A DNA stretch of 26,729 nt from a virus (lineage: Duplodnaviria; Caudoviricetes). The notes under the pieces are model-generated. The model had not been told where the DNA came from, ran no database searches, and worked only from the letters and a program-made list of their open reading frames with translations. Shown here one piece after another: positions 8,660 through 16,048 of this stretch. The translations under genes and the position numbers were made by a program. How positions within the stretch are numbered: the stretch's first letter is position 1; every line of letters starts with the position of its first letter. The stretch covers positions 1 through 26,729 of IMG/VR virus record IMGVR_UViG_3300049844_000146; one strand, given 5' to 3'.

Positions 8660-9259
8660 TTAGCCTAGCCATTGACGAAAAGCATAGGCGCGAGCTTTTA
8701 AAAGCGTGTCACTTGTTTGAAGTTTGTCGCCTTGATTGTATCCGAGTAAAGAATAAGTTAAAGTATTACGCGCTTCAAAAAGGCCACAGTGCCCGCCCCC
8801 GTCGCGAGTTAAAACGACAACGTTTCCAAGTTTTAAATTTTTTTCTTTAACGGCGTGACCCCAAGTCGCCCAAGATTTTGCAGCCGCCGACCAAGTCGGT
8901 TCGGGAACTTTATTTAAACTTTTGTACACAATAGCGTCGTTAAAAGCGTCGTTATCAAACACGCTTAAATAATACGTGCGTTTGATAATGTCTTCGTTAA
9001 AGCCCCGAGCTTTTAACATTTTATAAGTCGCAGCGGGGTTTCGTTCCCAGTTTGTCACGATAACGTTTAAGTTCATACCTGACGAACACCAAGGGATTGA
9101 GTCGGTATTGTTGCTAGAAAAATCTTGTTTTGCAACGCCGGTTAAAATGTGCGAAAGCTCGATCAATTCGTTATCGTCAGGTCCGGGGATTTCTTGAACC
9201 CCCATAGACATAAGCCGTTGCGCGGTTTGATATTGGTGGGTTGAATACGGCGGAAGCAT
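8660..9259 (-). CDS. CHAP/NlpC-P60 peptidoglycan hydrolase (TIGR02594-like), probable endolysin
   Basis: GVQEIPGP, PWC (catalytic Cys), SAAAKSW, GGHCG (catalytic His) and GYNQ motifs. Confidence 0.8.
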   Translation of the reverse strand: MLPPYSTHQYQTAQRLMSMGVQEIPGPDDNELIELSHILTGVAKQDFSSNNTDSIPWCSSGMNLNVIVTNWERNPAATYKMLKARGFNEDIIKRTYYLSVFDNDAFNDAIVYKSLNKVPEPTWSAAAKSWATWGHAVKEKNLKLGNVVVLTRDGGGHCGLFEARNTLTYSLLGYNQGDKLQTSDTLLKARAYAFRQWLG

Positions 9260-9262
9260 AGT

Positions 9263-9568
9263 TTACCCCTTACTTTTTAAATATCCGGCCATTAGTAAAC
9301 AGTAGTTCGCCAAATCTAAAAGCGTGTCTTCGACGCTTTCTTCTTTAACTTTTAGTTCGCCTTGGGCCACGTAGTTAGCAATACGCGAAAGTTTATCCGA
9401 CATTCGAGTAACAAACCCGACTTCAGTTGAAAAGCCGTAGCTTTCTATTGTTTTAAAGTTTGCAAACGGATCGGTACTTTTTGAATAATCATGGTTTTTC
9501 TTCGCCGTGATTTCCGTCATTTTGTCGCATAGTGTTTTGTGATAAGCTAGATATTCGTCCCGGTTCAT
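9263..9568 (-). CDS. Nucleotide modification associated domain protein (Nmad1/DUF1599-like)
   Basis: KKNHDY ... RMSDKLSR ... ESVEDTLLDLANY signature; AAAGGG RBS. Confidence 0.8.
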   Translation of the reverse strand: MNRDEYLAYHKTLCDKMTEITAKKNHDYSKSTDPFANFKTIESYGFSTEVGFVTRMSDKLSRIANYVAQGELKVKEESVEDTLLDLANYCLLMAGYLKSKG

Positions 9569-9761
9569 TGTAAACCCTTTCTAAAAAAGTTGAGCTTGTT
9601 TCTTCGGACCTAATTAAATAAGTAATGTTTTGATCGGTCAACCTTGCGTCGAGTATAATTGTCGATTCAGGTTTTTTAACGCGATCGTTTCGGATTTCTT
9701 CTTTTAAAATCTTTAAAAAGTTTTCAGCCTGATCAAGATTTTTAGTAAACGTATGAATCAT
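9489..9761 (-). CDS. Hypothetical protein
   Basis: ATGA-coupled to the polymerase stop (9758-9761); overlaps the next gene by 80 nt. Confidence 0.5.
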   Translation of the reverse strand: MIHTFTKNLDQAENFLKILKEEIRNDRVKKPESTIILDARLTDQNITYLIRSEETSSTFLERVYNEPGRISSLSQNTMRQNDGNHGEEKP

Positions 9762-11695
9762 TTTCTATACCTTTCGCCGGTCCAGCCTTCCGCAGTAATA
9801 GGCGCACCCGCAGCCCACGCCGGAAGTTCCGACATTAAATTTTCAAACTCAATAACTGAACCCGTTTCTTTTTCGGCAATCAATTCGTCGTGTACCGACA
9901 TTAAAATTTGATAGCCTTTGTTTTCCGCCCGAAGCATGGCGTCCGCCATTAAGTCGCGGCTAATCGCTTGAACAACGTTTTCTGTCAATTTTCCGCCGTA
10001 GTTTGGGCGGTACTCCCATTTTTTAGTTAACGAATTGACCCGCCAATGGTGTAGCGCAAGCTTTTTTTCGCCCCAACTTGTTGTCGTCACTTCGACTTTA
10101 GGGCCGTAATAAGCGAGCTTTCGCCCCGACGGAAGTACGCACCATAGAAAGCCGTTTGCGTAATACCATGTCGTTTTATTAACCGTGATTTTTTTCTTTT
10201 CTAATATGCACTTAATCGCTGCGGTTTCTAAGTTGTACCAAACTTGAGTCACGGGTTTATGATTAGCGCGGTAGGCTTCGACCGACGTTTGCGCGAGCGC
10301 TTCAGTGACTTCAATCCCCCACGATACGCACGTATCAAAAAACTTTTTAGCCCCCATTTGATAACCGCAACCAAGAACGGCGGCTTTACCTAAGTTACGT
10401 TCGGCCTTTGTAATTTCTGAAACGGGCTTTCGATAGATAACGCTTGCCTGATCTTTGTAAAGGTCTTTACCTTCAGTAAACATTTTTAAACCGCGATAGT
10501 GGTTTGCAATCCAAAATAAAACGCGAGCTTCAATCGCCGCGTAATCGGCAACGAATAGTTTTTTATCGGGGCTTGGGATAATCATGCCCCGCAGACAAGA
10601 ACTAAAAACGTCCATAGGTTCGCCCCAAAGGGTCCGAACTAAATCAAGGTCGCCAAGCTGAAGCGTTTTAATAGCTTCGTCAGTTTGATCAATCTTACCT
10701 TTAGGGAAGTTTTGAACTTGTAGGCCAGACCCGGCCCAGCGCCCGGTCGCAGCGCCGTGATAAACTAACAAATCGCGAACTCGACTGTCGGCCGGGCTAG
10801 CCCTATTTTTAAAAGCAATATATTTTTTAGTCGAAGTTTTAGAATACTGTTGTCGTATTTCTAAAATCTTTCGAGCGTCATTAGTTAGATTTTTATTTTC
10901 TTTTAAGACGTCTTCGACAGTTTTCTTTTGCAAGTTCAAAAGGTCAACGCCTTCGGCCTGAAGCCATTTCAAAACTTCCCGCGTTTGCGCAGTTGTTTCA
11001 AAATAACCATAAGCCACTTGTTCGGTTTCGTCTTTTAGCCGACCCGTTTCTAAATCAATTAAAGAAAGAATTTGGTCGACCGTTTTGGTGTCAACTAAAA
11101 CGCCCCGCGAGTTTATAGTTTGGTCTAGCTCCCAAATCTTACGCTCATTAGGGTTTAAGTCTTCAAGCCTTTGATCAAGTAAATATTCGGCCTCAACGTC
11201 TTTAATGCAATAGTCATAAAGTAATTTAAAATCGTCAGGGTCTTCGTGCCATTTAGCCGTACTTTTTTTAGTAGCTTTTCGCGGCTTACACATTTTTAAC
11301 ATGACCTTATGGCCGACCATGTCTTTTTGAACTGCAAGGCCCAACGCTAAACACGCACCTTCGAGCTTGCGCGGAAGCGCGTGAACTGCGGCTTTTGCAG
11401 CGGTACACGACCAATTAGCAATAGATAATTTAGGCCAACCGTAGCGTTTCACTAATACGTTATTATAAATACACTGTTCAAAAAAAGCGTTGTGCGCGAC
11501 AAGCTTATCGTCAGGTTTAAAATGAAATTTTTCTTTGTTTTGAATGTCTTCTTTAGTAAGTAAGATTGCGCCTTGAGTTCCAAACTTTGCACCAAAGCAC
11601 ATGACTTCAGTCGACGGATGTAGGGAATAGTTATAAGCCCCGACTTTTCTAAGGTCGGCTTCGGATCTAGTTTCAAAATCGACAACAATTTTCAT
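9758..11695 (-). CDS. polA: Phage DNA polymerase family A with 3'-5' exonuclease
   Basis: ExoI DFET, ExoII AHNAFFE, ExoIII YCIKD; TGRW; motif A DYAAIE; motif B RNLGKAAVLGCGY; motif C VHDE. Confidence 0.95.
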   Translation of the reverse strand: MKIVVDFETRSEADLRKVGAYNYSLHPSTEVMCFGAKFGTQGAILLTKEDIQNKEKFHFKPDDKLVAHNAFFEQCIYNNVLVKRYGWPKLSIANWSCTAAKAAVHALPRKLEGACLALGLAVQKDMVGHKVMLKMCKPRKATKKSTAKWHEDPDDFKLLYDYCIKDVEAEYLLDQRLEDLNPNERKIWELDQTINSRGVLVDTKTVDQILSLIDLETGRLKDETEQVAYGYFETTAQTREVLKWLQAEGVDLLNLQKKTVEDVLKENKNLTNDARKILEIRQQYSKTSTKKYIAFKNRASPADSRVRDLLVYHGAATGRWAGSGLQVQNFPKGKIDQTDEAIKTLQLGDLDLVRTLWGEPMDVFSSCLRGMIIPSPDKKLFVADYAAIEARVLFWIANHYRGLKMFTEGKDLYKDQASVIYRKPVSEITKAERNLGKAAVLGCGYQMGAKKFFDTCVSWGIEVTEALAQTSVEAYRANHKPVTQVWYNLETAAIKCILEKKKITVNKTTWYYANGFLWCVLPSGRKLAYYGPKVEVTTTSWGEKKLALHHWRVNSLTKKWEYRPNYGGKLTENVVQAISRDLMADAMLRAENKGYQILMSVHDELIAEKETGSVIEFENLMSELPAWAAGAPITAEGWTGERYRK

Positions 11696-11712
11696 AGGTT
11701 TTTAACCAATCT

Positions 11713-11937
11713 TTAACCGATTATTGACACAGGTAAAAAACTTTGTTCAGGCTTTAATCGTTTTTTAACTTCTGTTAAAGACTCAACAATAAGAATCGTT
11801 TCGTCTGTAAAAGCGTTAATCATTTTAGTTTGATAATCTTTTTCAAGATGAGTATTTTCGCGGGCCACAAAAGTAAAATGCGGAGCCCAAAACAGGGACG
11901 GAACTTTAGCCCCCCGAATAGTTAATTCAATAAACAT
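11713..11937 (-). CDS. Hypothetical protein
   Basis: 74 aa with GGGGGG RBS; fills the SSB-polymerase gap. Confidence 0.55.
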   Translation of the reverse strand: MFIELTIRGAKVPSLFWAPHFTFVARENTHLEKDYQTKMINAFTDETILIVESLTEVKKRLKPEQSFLPVSIIG

Positions 11938-11953
11938 AAACCCCCCAAAGTAA

Positions 11954-11972
11954 GGCCCGCTAAACGCGGGCC
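11954..11972 (-). terminator. GC-rich hairpin after the SSB gene (weak intrinsic terminator or attenuator)
   Basis: ggcccgc-N5-gcgggcc perfect 7-bp stem; followed on the - strand by TTACTTT. Confidence 0.6.
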
Positions 11973-11978
11973 GACTCT

Positions 11979-12557
11979 TTATAACTCGACGTCGCTATAG
12001 TCTTCGATTTCGTCAAATGAATCAACGGCTGAACCGCCAAACTTGTCGCCGTCTTTATGTTTTTGAACAGCGTTCAAATAACACGAAACGCCCCGACGTG
12101 GCGGCTGTGGCTTACCGTTTAACTTTGGTTGCGCAATTTCATAAGCCTTCATTGAAATCGCAAGTCTAGCAAACACGCCCCCGTAAACTTCAGACGGATC
12201 TAAAATTTCTTGTTTTTGAGCGTCAACAATCGCGGGCTTATATTCTTCGCCCGTTTTTGCTTTTAAATACAAACCGCCCGCGTAGCCTTGTAGCCCTTCA
12301 CGTTCGTCGCCGTCTTTCAGCGCCCACGCAATGTCATCCGGCCATTTAGATTTAGGTCCCCACATTTCAGTCGCAGCTTGTTCTTGCGCTGTAATCAACT
12401 TAGATAGGTCTGTGTTTTTTGCAAAGATCACTTCAGTTGAATAATGTGGTTTTTCTTTATCCTGATAACCATTAGTGGTCTTGAATAAGTGCGGGTAACT
12501 TAGCCGTCCGATTGGTGTAGTTACTTTTATATATGTGTTTTTCTTTTCGTCTTTCAT
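11979..12557 (-). CDS. ssb: Single-stranded DNA-binding protein (DUF2815/Enc34-like)
   Basis: RLSYPHLF, LKDGD, EVYGG, GVSCYLNAVQ and DGDKFGG motifs; acidic C-terminal tail; lies between DUF2800 and PolA. Confidence 0.9.
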   Translation of the reverse strand: MKDEKKNTYIKVTTPIGRLSYPHLFKTTNGYQDKEKPHYSTEVIFAKNTDLSKLITAQEQAATEMWGPKSKWPDDIAWALKDGDEREGLQGYAGGLYLKAKTGEEYKPAIVDAQKQEILDPSEVYGGVFARLAISMKAYEIAQPKLNGKPQPPRRGVSCYLNAVQKHKDGDKFGGSAVDSFDEIEDYSDVEL

Positions 12558-12571
12558 TGTGTACCCCTTTG

Positions 12572-12631
12572 TTAGTATGGTTTTTTCATTGGTTTTGGTT
12601 TTGTCTTTTTAGCTGTTTTCTTTTTTGCCAC
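12572..12631 (-). CDS. 19-aa Lys/Pro-rich micropeptide MAKKKTAKKTKPKPMKKPY (not in ORF track)
   Basis: GTG at 12631-12629; AAAGGGG RBS 5 nt upstream; TAA at 12574-12572; fills the DUF2800-SSB gap. Confidence 0.6.
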   Translation of the reverse strand: MAKKKTAKKTKPKPMKKPY

Positions 12632-12643
12632 GTTGTCCCCTTT

Positions 12644-13759
12644 CTAATCGCTATCAAAAGCCGTTAATACGCCTTTAACTTCCGGGCGCGGGTCTGAAGT
12701 TGGGGCATAAGTATTGCCGGAGCTAATCGCTACGCAACGTTCTTTAACCCAGTCTTTAGACGTGACTTTTTCTAGCTGTGCAGGGGATTTTAGTTCACGA
12801 TTAAATGCTTTTGCACCAAATACTTCGGACGCTTCGCGTTCAACTTCCGCAGCGTTAAACCATTTTCGAGTCGCACGTTTGGCGACAAGCTTAAAGCCCG
12901 CCACTTCGCGCCCCTGTTCAAGCTCATAAAGCGCATGGGCTCGAACCGCACTAACCCAACCTTCTAATAGATCGGCCTTTTCTAAAAGGCGGGATAGTTG
13001 AATCGGCGTAAAGGTTTGCGGGGCCGGAAGCTGACTAAGGTCATCGTCAAAAGAAAGCTGCGCTTCAGCTAAAGCTAGCGATTTCATGGCCGGACACATG
13101 ATTTTAGCCGGACAGAACTGACACCAATCGCCTGCGACTGGTTTTAAGCTTTTCTTTTTGGTTTGTTTAACGTGAAAATAAAGCTGTTCTTCAAAGTCGG
13201 CTAAGACTTCGTTCGTTACTTCCCACGACCTTAGCGGCCCTTCGGCGTGATAGGCCCTAGGCTGAACAATATGAACTCGCATAACCGGACGGACCCCAAC
13301 TTTTTTTGTAAGGGATAATAAATAAAATAAAAGTTGTAAGTTTTTTTCAGCGTCGACCGCTAGCCCCTTCCCGTGTTTATAATCAAAGACATCGATCGCG
13401 ACTTGACTGACGACGGCGCAATCGACCGTCCCGCTTAAATCGTCTTTAACGTCTAGGATAAGTTTTTCTTCGACGAGTAGTTCCGCAAAACGGGGGTCGT
13501 AAACTTTTGAAACGGCGTCAACAATAGCGACAACGTGGTCGACCATTTCTTCGTCGTATAGGTCATAGGCTTCAAAGATGTCGATTTCTTTTGTTAGAAG
13601 TTTTTCCATTAGTTCATGGGCTTTAGTACCTTCGTCGGCAAACTTCGAGCTTTTCTGTGGTGGGGCTTTATCGATTAACGCAATTGAAGCATGACAATTA
13701 AACCAACGATAAGCCGAACTTGGGGAATATTTAGAATGTTTTTTGACCGGAGCTACCAC
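12644..13759 (-). CDS. Cas4-like PD-(D/E)XK exonuclease (DUF2800)
   Basis: SPSSAYRWFNC, GTKAH, GTVD, DYKHG, QLLFY and WCQFCPAKIMC (Fe-S-type Cys) motifs. Confidence 0.9.
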   Translation of the reverse strand: MVAPVKKHSKYSPSSAYRWFNCHASIALIDKAPPQKSSKFADEGTKAHELMEKLLTKEIDIFEAYDLYDEEMVDHVVAIVDAVSKVYDPRFAELLVEEKLILDVKDDLSGTVDCAVVSQVAIDVFDYKHGKGLAVDAEKNLQLLFYLLSLTKKVGVRPVMRVHIVQPRAYHAEGPLRSWEVTNEVLADFEEQLYFHVKQTKKKSLKPVAGDWCQFCPAKIMCPAMKSLALAEAQLSFDDDLSQLPAPQTFTPIQLSRLLEKADLLEGWVSAVRAHALYELEQGREVAGFKLVAKRATRKWFNAAEVEREASEVFGAKAFNRELKSPAQLEKVTSKDWVKERCVAISSGNTYAPTSDPRPEVKGVLTAFDSD

Positions 13760-13830
13760 GACAAAGCCTCAATCAACCCGTAAAATAAATAGATCAATAA
13801 AAACGTAAATAAAATAATTAAAAGGCCCAT
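13753..13830 (-). CDS. 25-aa transmembrane micropeptide MGLLIILFTFLLIYLFYGLIEALSW (not in ORF track)
   Basis: ATG shares a TAATG junction with the upstream stop; its TAG lies just inside the DUF2800 start; almost entirely hydrophobic. Confidence 0.6.
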   Translation of the reverse strand: MGLLIILFTFLLIYLFYGLIEALSW

Positions 13831-14150
13831 TAGTTCCCGAACTTTCTATCAAGCGTAGAGTTTACAAAGTCACTTGATTCAATTACTAAAGCTGACAAAA
13901 TTTCAGAGGCTTGTTCTTCTGAAAACTTTTCTGTGATGTCTGTAAACATTCTAAAGCACTCCAAAAAGCCAATATAAAAAGCTTGTTTTGTTTCGCGATA
14001 TTGAACCGCAGAAACTTCAATCCCTTCAAAAGTTAACGCCGCATAAATCCGCCATAACGATTCAACTTTAATGTCGCTAGGGGATTTAAATAGATCGGCG
14101 TAATTTATTTTGTTTGCAATTTCTTTTACGGCTTCGCGTTTTGTTTCCAT
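13830..14150 (-). CDS. Hypothetical protein
   Basis: 106 aa, tightly packed in the operon; contains QYRETKQAFYIG. Confidence 0.6.
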   Translation of the reverse strand: METKREAVKEIANKINYADLFKSPSDIKVESLWRIYAALTFEGIEVSAVQYRETKQAFYIGFLECFRMFTDITEKFSEEQASEILSALVIESSDFVNSTLDRKFGN

Positions 14151-14162
14151 AGTTTTATTGCC

Positions 14163-14381
14163 TTACCAAATGATAACGTTTGTTGCGCAGCGGATTTCTT
14201 TAACCCATTGTCCGGTTGAAAGCTGACAGTTAAAAAGCGTTAACCCGCAATTTTCATACGAGTAAGACGCGCAACGATATTGGAAGTCGTTAACTGTGTA
14301 TGTTTTCAAAATGGTGTCTTCAGCCTTTGAAGTAAAACACGACGATAAAAATAAAACCCCTAAAAATAAAACCTTTTTCAT
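14163..14381 (-). CDS. Small Cys-rich lipoprotein
   Basis: MKK plus hydrophobic stretch plus lipobox LSSC; four further Cys; ATGA-coupled. Confidence 0.7.
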   Translation of the reverse strand: MKKVLFLGVLFLSSCFTSKAEDTILKTYTVNDFQYRCASYSYENCGLTLFNCQLSTGQWVKEIRCATNVIIW

Positions 14382-14725
14382 TCTGAATACCTTTCTTTAA
14401 TGTGTAAAAACAATCTAAAACAATAGTCTTTATAATCCCAATTAAATTCTTTATCGTGACCAAGCGCAAAAGTTAAAGCCATAAACGCCGATCGATAAAA
14501 CATGACTTGATAAGAGTCTTCTTTTTTAGCGGCAATAAGCGCCCGGTCAACGCTTGCAGAAATACGACGGCGAACGCTTAACTCTGTGTACTCGCGTTCA
14601 AATGGCGGCCTAAAAGACGCTTTAAACTCCGGGGGTAAATACGCCCCAAGTATATCAAAAGACGCGTCAAATAAATCGCCCTTTTGGTTGTCGACGTAGT
14701 CGGCTAGTTCTTTAAGAGTTTTCAT
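14378..14725 (-). CDS. Hypothetical protein
   Basis: 115 aa; ATGA overlaps at both ends. Confidence 0.6.
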   Translation of the reverse strand: MKTLKELADYVDNQKGDLFDASFDILGAYLPPEFKASFRPPFEREYTELSVRRRISASVDRALIAAKKEDSYQVMFYRSAFMALTFALGHDKEFNWDYKDYCFRLFLHIKERYSE

Positions 14726-15033
14726 TTTTTAATGTGCTTCCATAAGTAAAAAGAACCCCGAGCTTTAGGCGGCTTTAATCCCCAAAAACTATTCATAAGG
14801 CGGTTAAAGTGTTCTTGATAAGCCGTATTATAAAGATCGACTTTTTCTTTTTCAGTTAGATCAAAGCCTTTAATCATTCGATCGATGGCGGCTTGACTGT
14901 GCGGCGCTAAAGATTTCCCCGTTTCAATCCGCGCAATTTGACTGCGATTTAAGTTTGCTAAATAGCCAACGTCATGAAGCGACAAACTATTTTTGTGTCT
15001 TAACTCGCGGTATTTTTCCCCAAACGTTTTCAA
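14722..15033 (-). CDS. XRE-family helix-turn-helix regulator
   Basis: TFGEKYRELR...LSLHDVG...LNRSQIARIETG is a typical HTH_XRE pattern. Confidence 0.8.
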   Translation of the reverse strand: MKTFGEKYRELRHKNSLSLHDVGYLANLNRSQIARIETGKSLAPHSQAAIDRMIKGFDLTEKEKVDLYNTAYQEHFNRLMNSFWGLKPPKARGSFYLWKHIKK

Positions 15034-15317
15034 ACGCGTCCCACAATCTCATTAAACTTTGTTCGAGCAATAATCCAATTAGCTACTCTAGCCCCACCAA
15101 ATAAGGCGACGGGCTCCGCAAAGGTAAGTTTAACTAGACTAGGGCCAACGTCGAAGGTTGCGGTCGCAGGACCAAAAGGCGTTTGTACTGCGCCTAACGG
15201 GTCCGGACAAACTGCGTTCTTCAAAACAGAATTTGCGATGTGGGCGCAGGCTTCAGCCTGTTCATGATCATAAGAACACGCCGCAAGAAAATGTTCAGTG
15301 GTAAATAACGTAATCAT
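15030..15317 (-). CDS. Hypothetical protein
   Basis: 95 aa; 4-nt overlaps at both ends. Confidence 0.5.
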   Translation of the reverse strand: MITLFTTEHFLAACSYDHEQAEACAHIANSVLKNAVCPDPLGAVQTPFGPATATFDVGPSLVKLTFAEPVALFGGARVANWIIARTKFNEIVGRV

Positions 15318-15631
15318 TGGGCCGCCGCAATGGTTTGATTAAAGTGTTCAACGTGTTTAAAGACGTCGTCTGCAAACATCCAAACCCCGTCATGATCAGG
15401 CATAAAAGTTTCACAATCTAAAATGACTAAGTCCATACCTAAGAACTTTGTTCCGGTTGGCGTGGGCTCAATCCAAGTCAGACATGAATCGGCATGTGGA
15501 AGTTCATGCTTTAAATTCTTAGCTAAGACCGAATCAATAATGAGCGTGGTCGGGTAACGTTCTTTTTTCGCGCTTCGCGTGTTAAGTCCTAGTAAAATAT
15601 CGTGTAAAATTGGTGTATCTTTCTTTTTCAT
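15314..15631 (-). CDS. Hypothetical protein
   Basis: 105 aa; AAAGG RBS. Confidence 0.55.
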   Translation of the reverse strand: MKKKDTPILHDILLGLNTRSAKKERYPTTLIIDSVLAKNLKHELPHADSCLTWIEPTPTGTKFLGMDLVILDCETFMPDHDGVWMFADDVFKHVEHFNQTIAAAQ

Positions 15632-15678
15632 AAAGGCCTTTCATTGTGTTAAAGCGGAGCTATGCCCCGGTTTGTTTT

Positions 15679-15867
15679 TTAAAGTAACTGTTTTATCAAA
15701 AGAACTTTTTCTTTTAAAGTCAATTCGGTGACCGCGCTTAAAATGGCCGTAACCATTTCACGAAGTTCGCCCGCTTGTAATTTGTTCTTAGTGTTCTGTC
15801 GTTTTGCGGCTTTTGCTACGACTCGGTTTAACGTAGCCGTTGGCAATTGAACTTTTTTAGATGACAT
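15679..15867 (-). CDS. Small basic helical protein, possibly DNA-binding
   Basis: 62 aa, Lys/Arg-rich; AGGGGG RBS. Confidence 0.6.
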   Translation of the reverse strand: MSSKKVQLPTATLNRVVAKAAKRQNTKNKLQAGELREMVTAILSAVTELTLKEKVLLIKQLL

Positions 15868-16048
15868 TTTGTCCCCCTATATTTTTAGGCGTTTTAATGT
15901 TTAAAGACCGTAAAGCTAAATCGGCGTAGTGATACCCCATTAAAAACGGGATCGCAACAAAGGCGTATAAAAACCCCAATACAAAAGGCAGGCCTGCGAT
16001 TAACACGAAAAGCGTTAACAGTTTGTATTTAAGAATTTTTTCTATCAT
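15857..16048 (-). CDS. Small membrane protein
   Basis: About 28-aa hydrophobic stretch; ATGA-coupled to the upstream gene. Confidence 0.6.
   Translation of the reverse strand: MIEKILKYKLLTLFVLIAGLPFVLGFLYAFVAIPFLMGYHYADLALRSLNIKTPKNIGGQNVI

Noticed and set aside
7900-11695. 2-aminoadenine (Z) or 7-deazaguanine modification pathway
   Set aside because: No PurZ-, DatZ-, DpdA- or Que-like genes are recognisable in the window.
12644-13759. Cas4-like gene as a sign of a CRISPR-Cas system
   Set aside because: No other cas genes and no repeat-spacer array; it sits in the standard DUF2800-DUF2815-PolA replication context.
15655-15669. Hairpin as a terminator
   Set aside because: Only 6 bp with a G:U pair, a 3-nt loop and a very short U-run; too weak to call.
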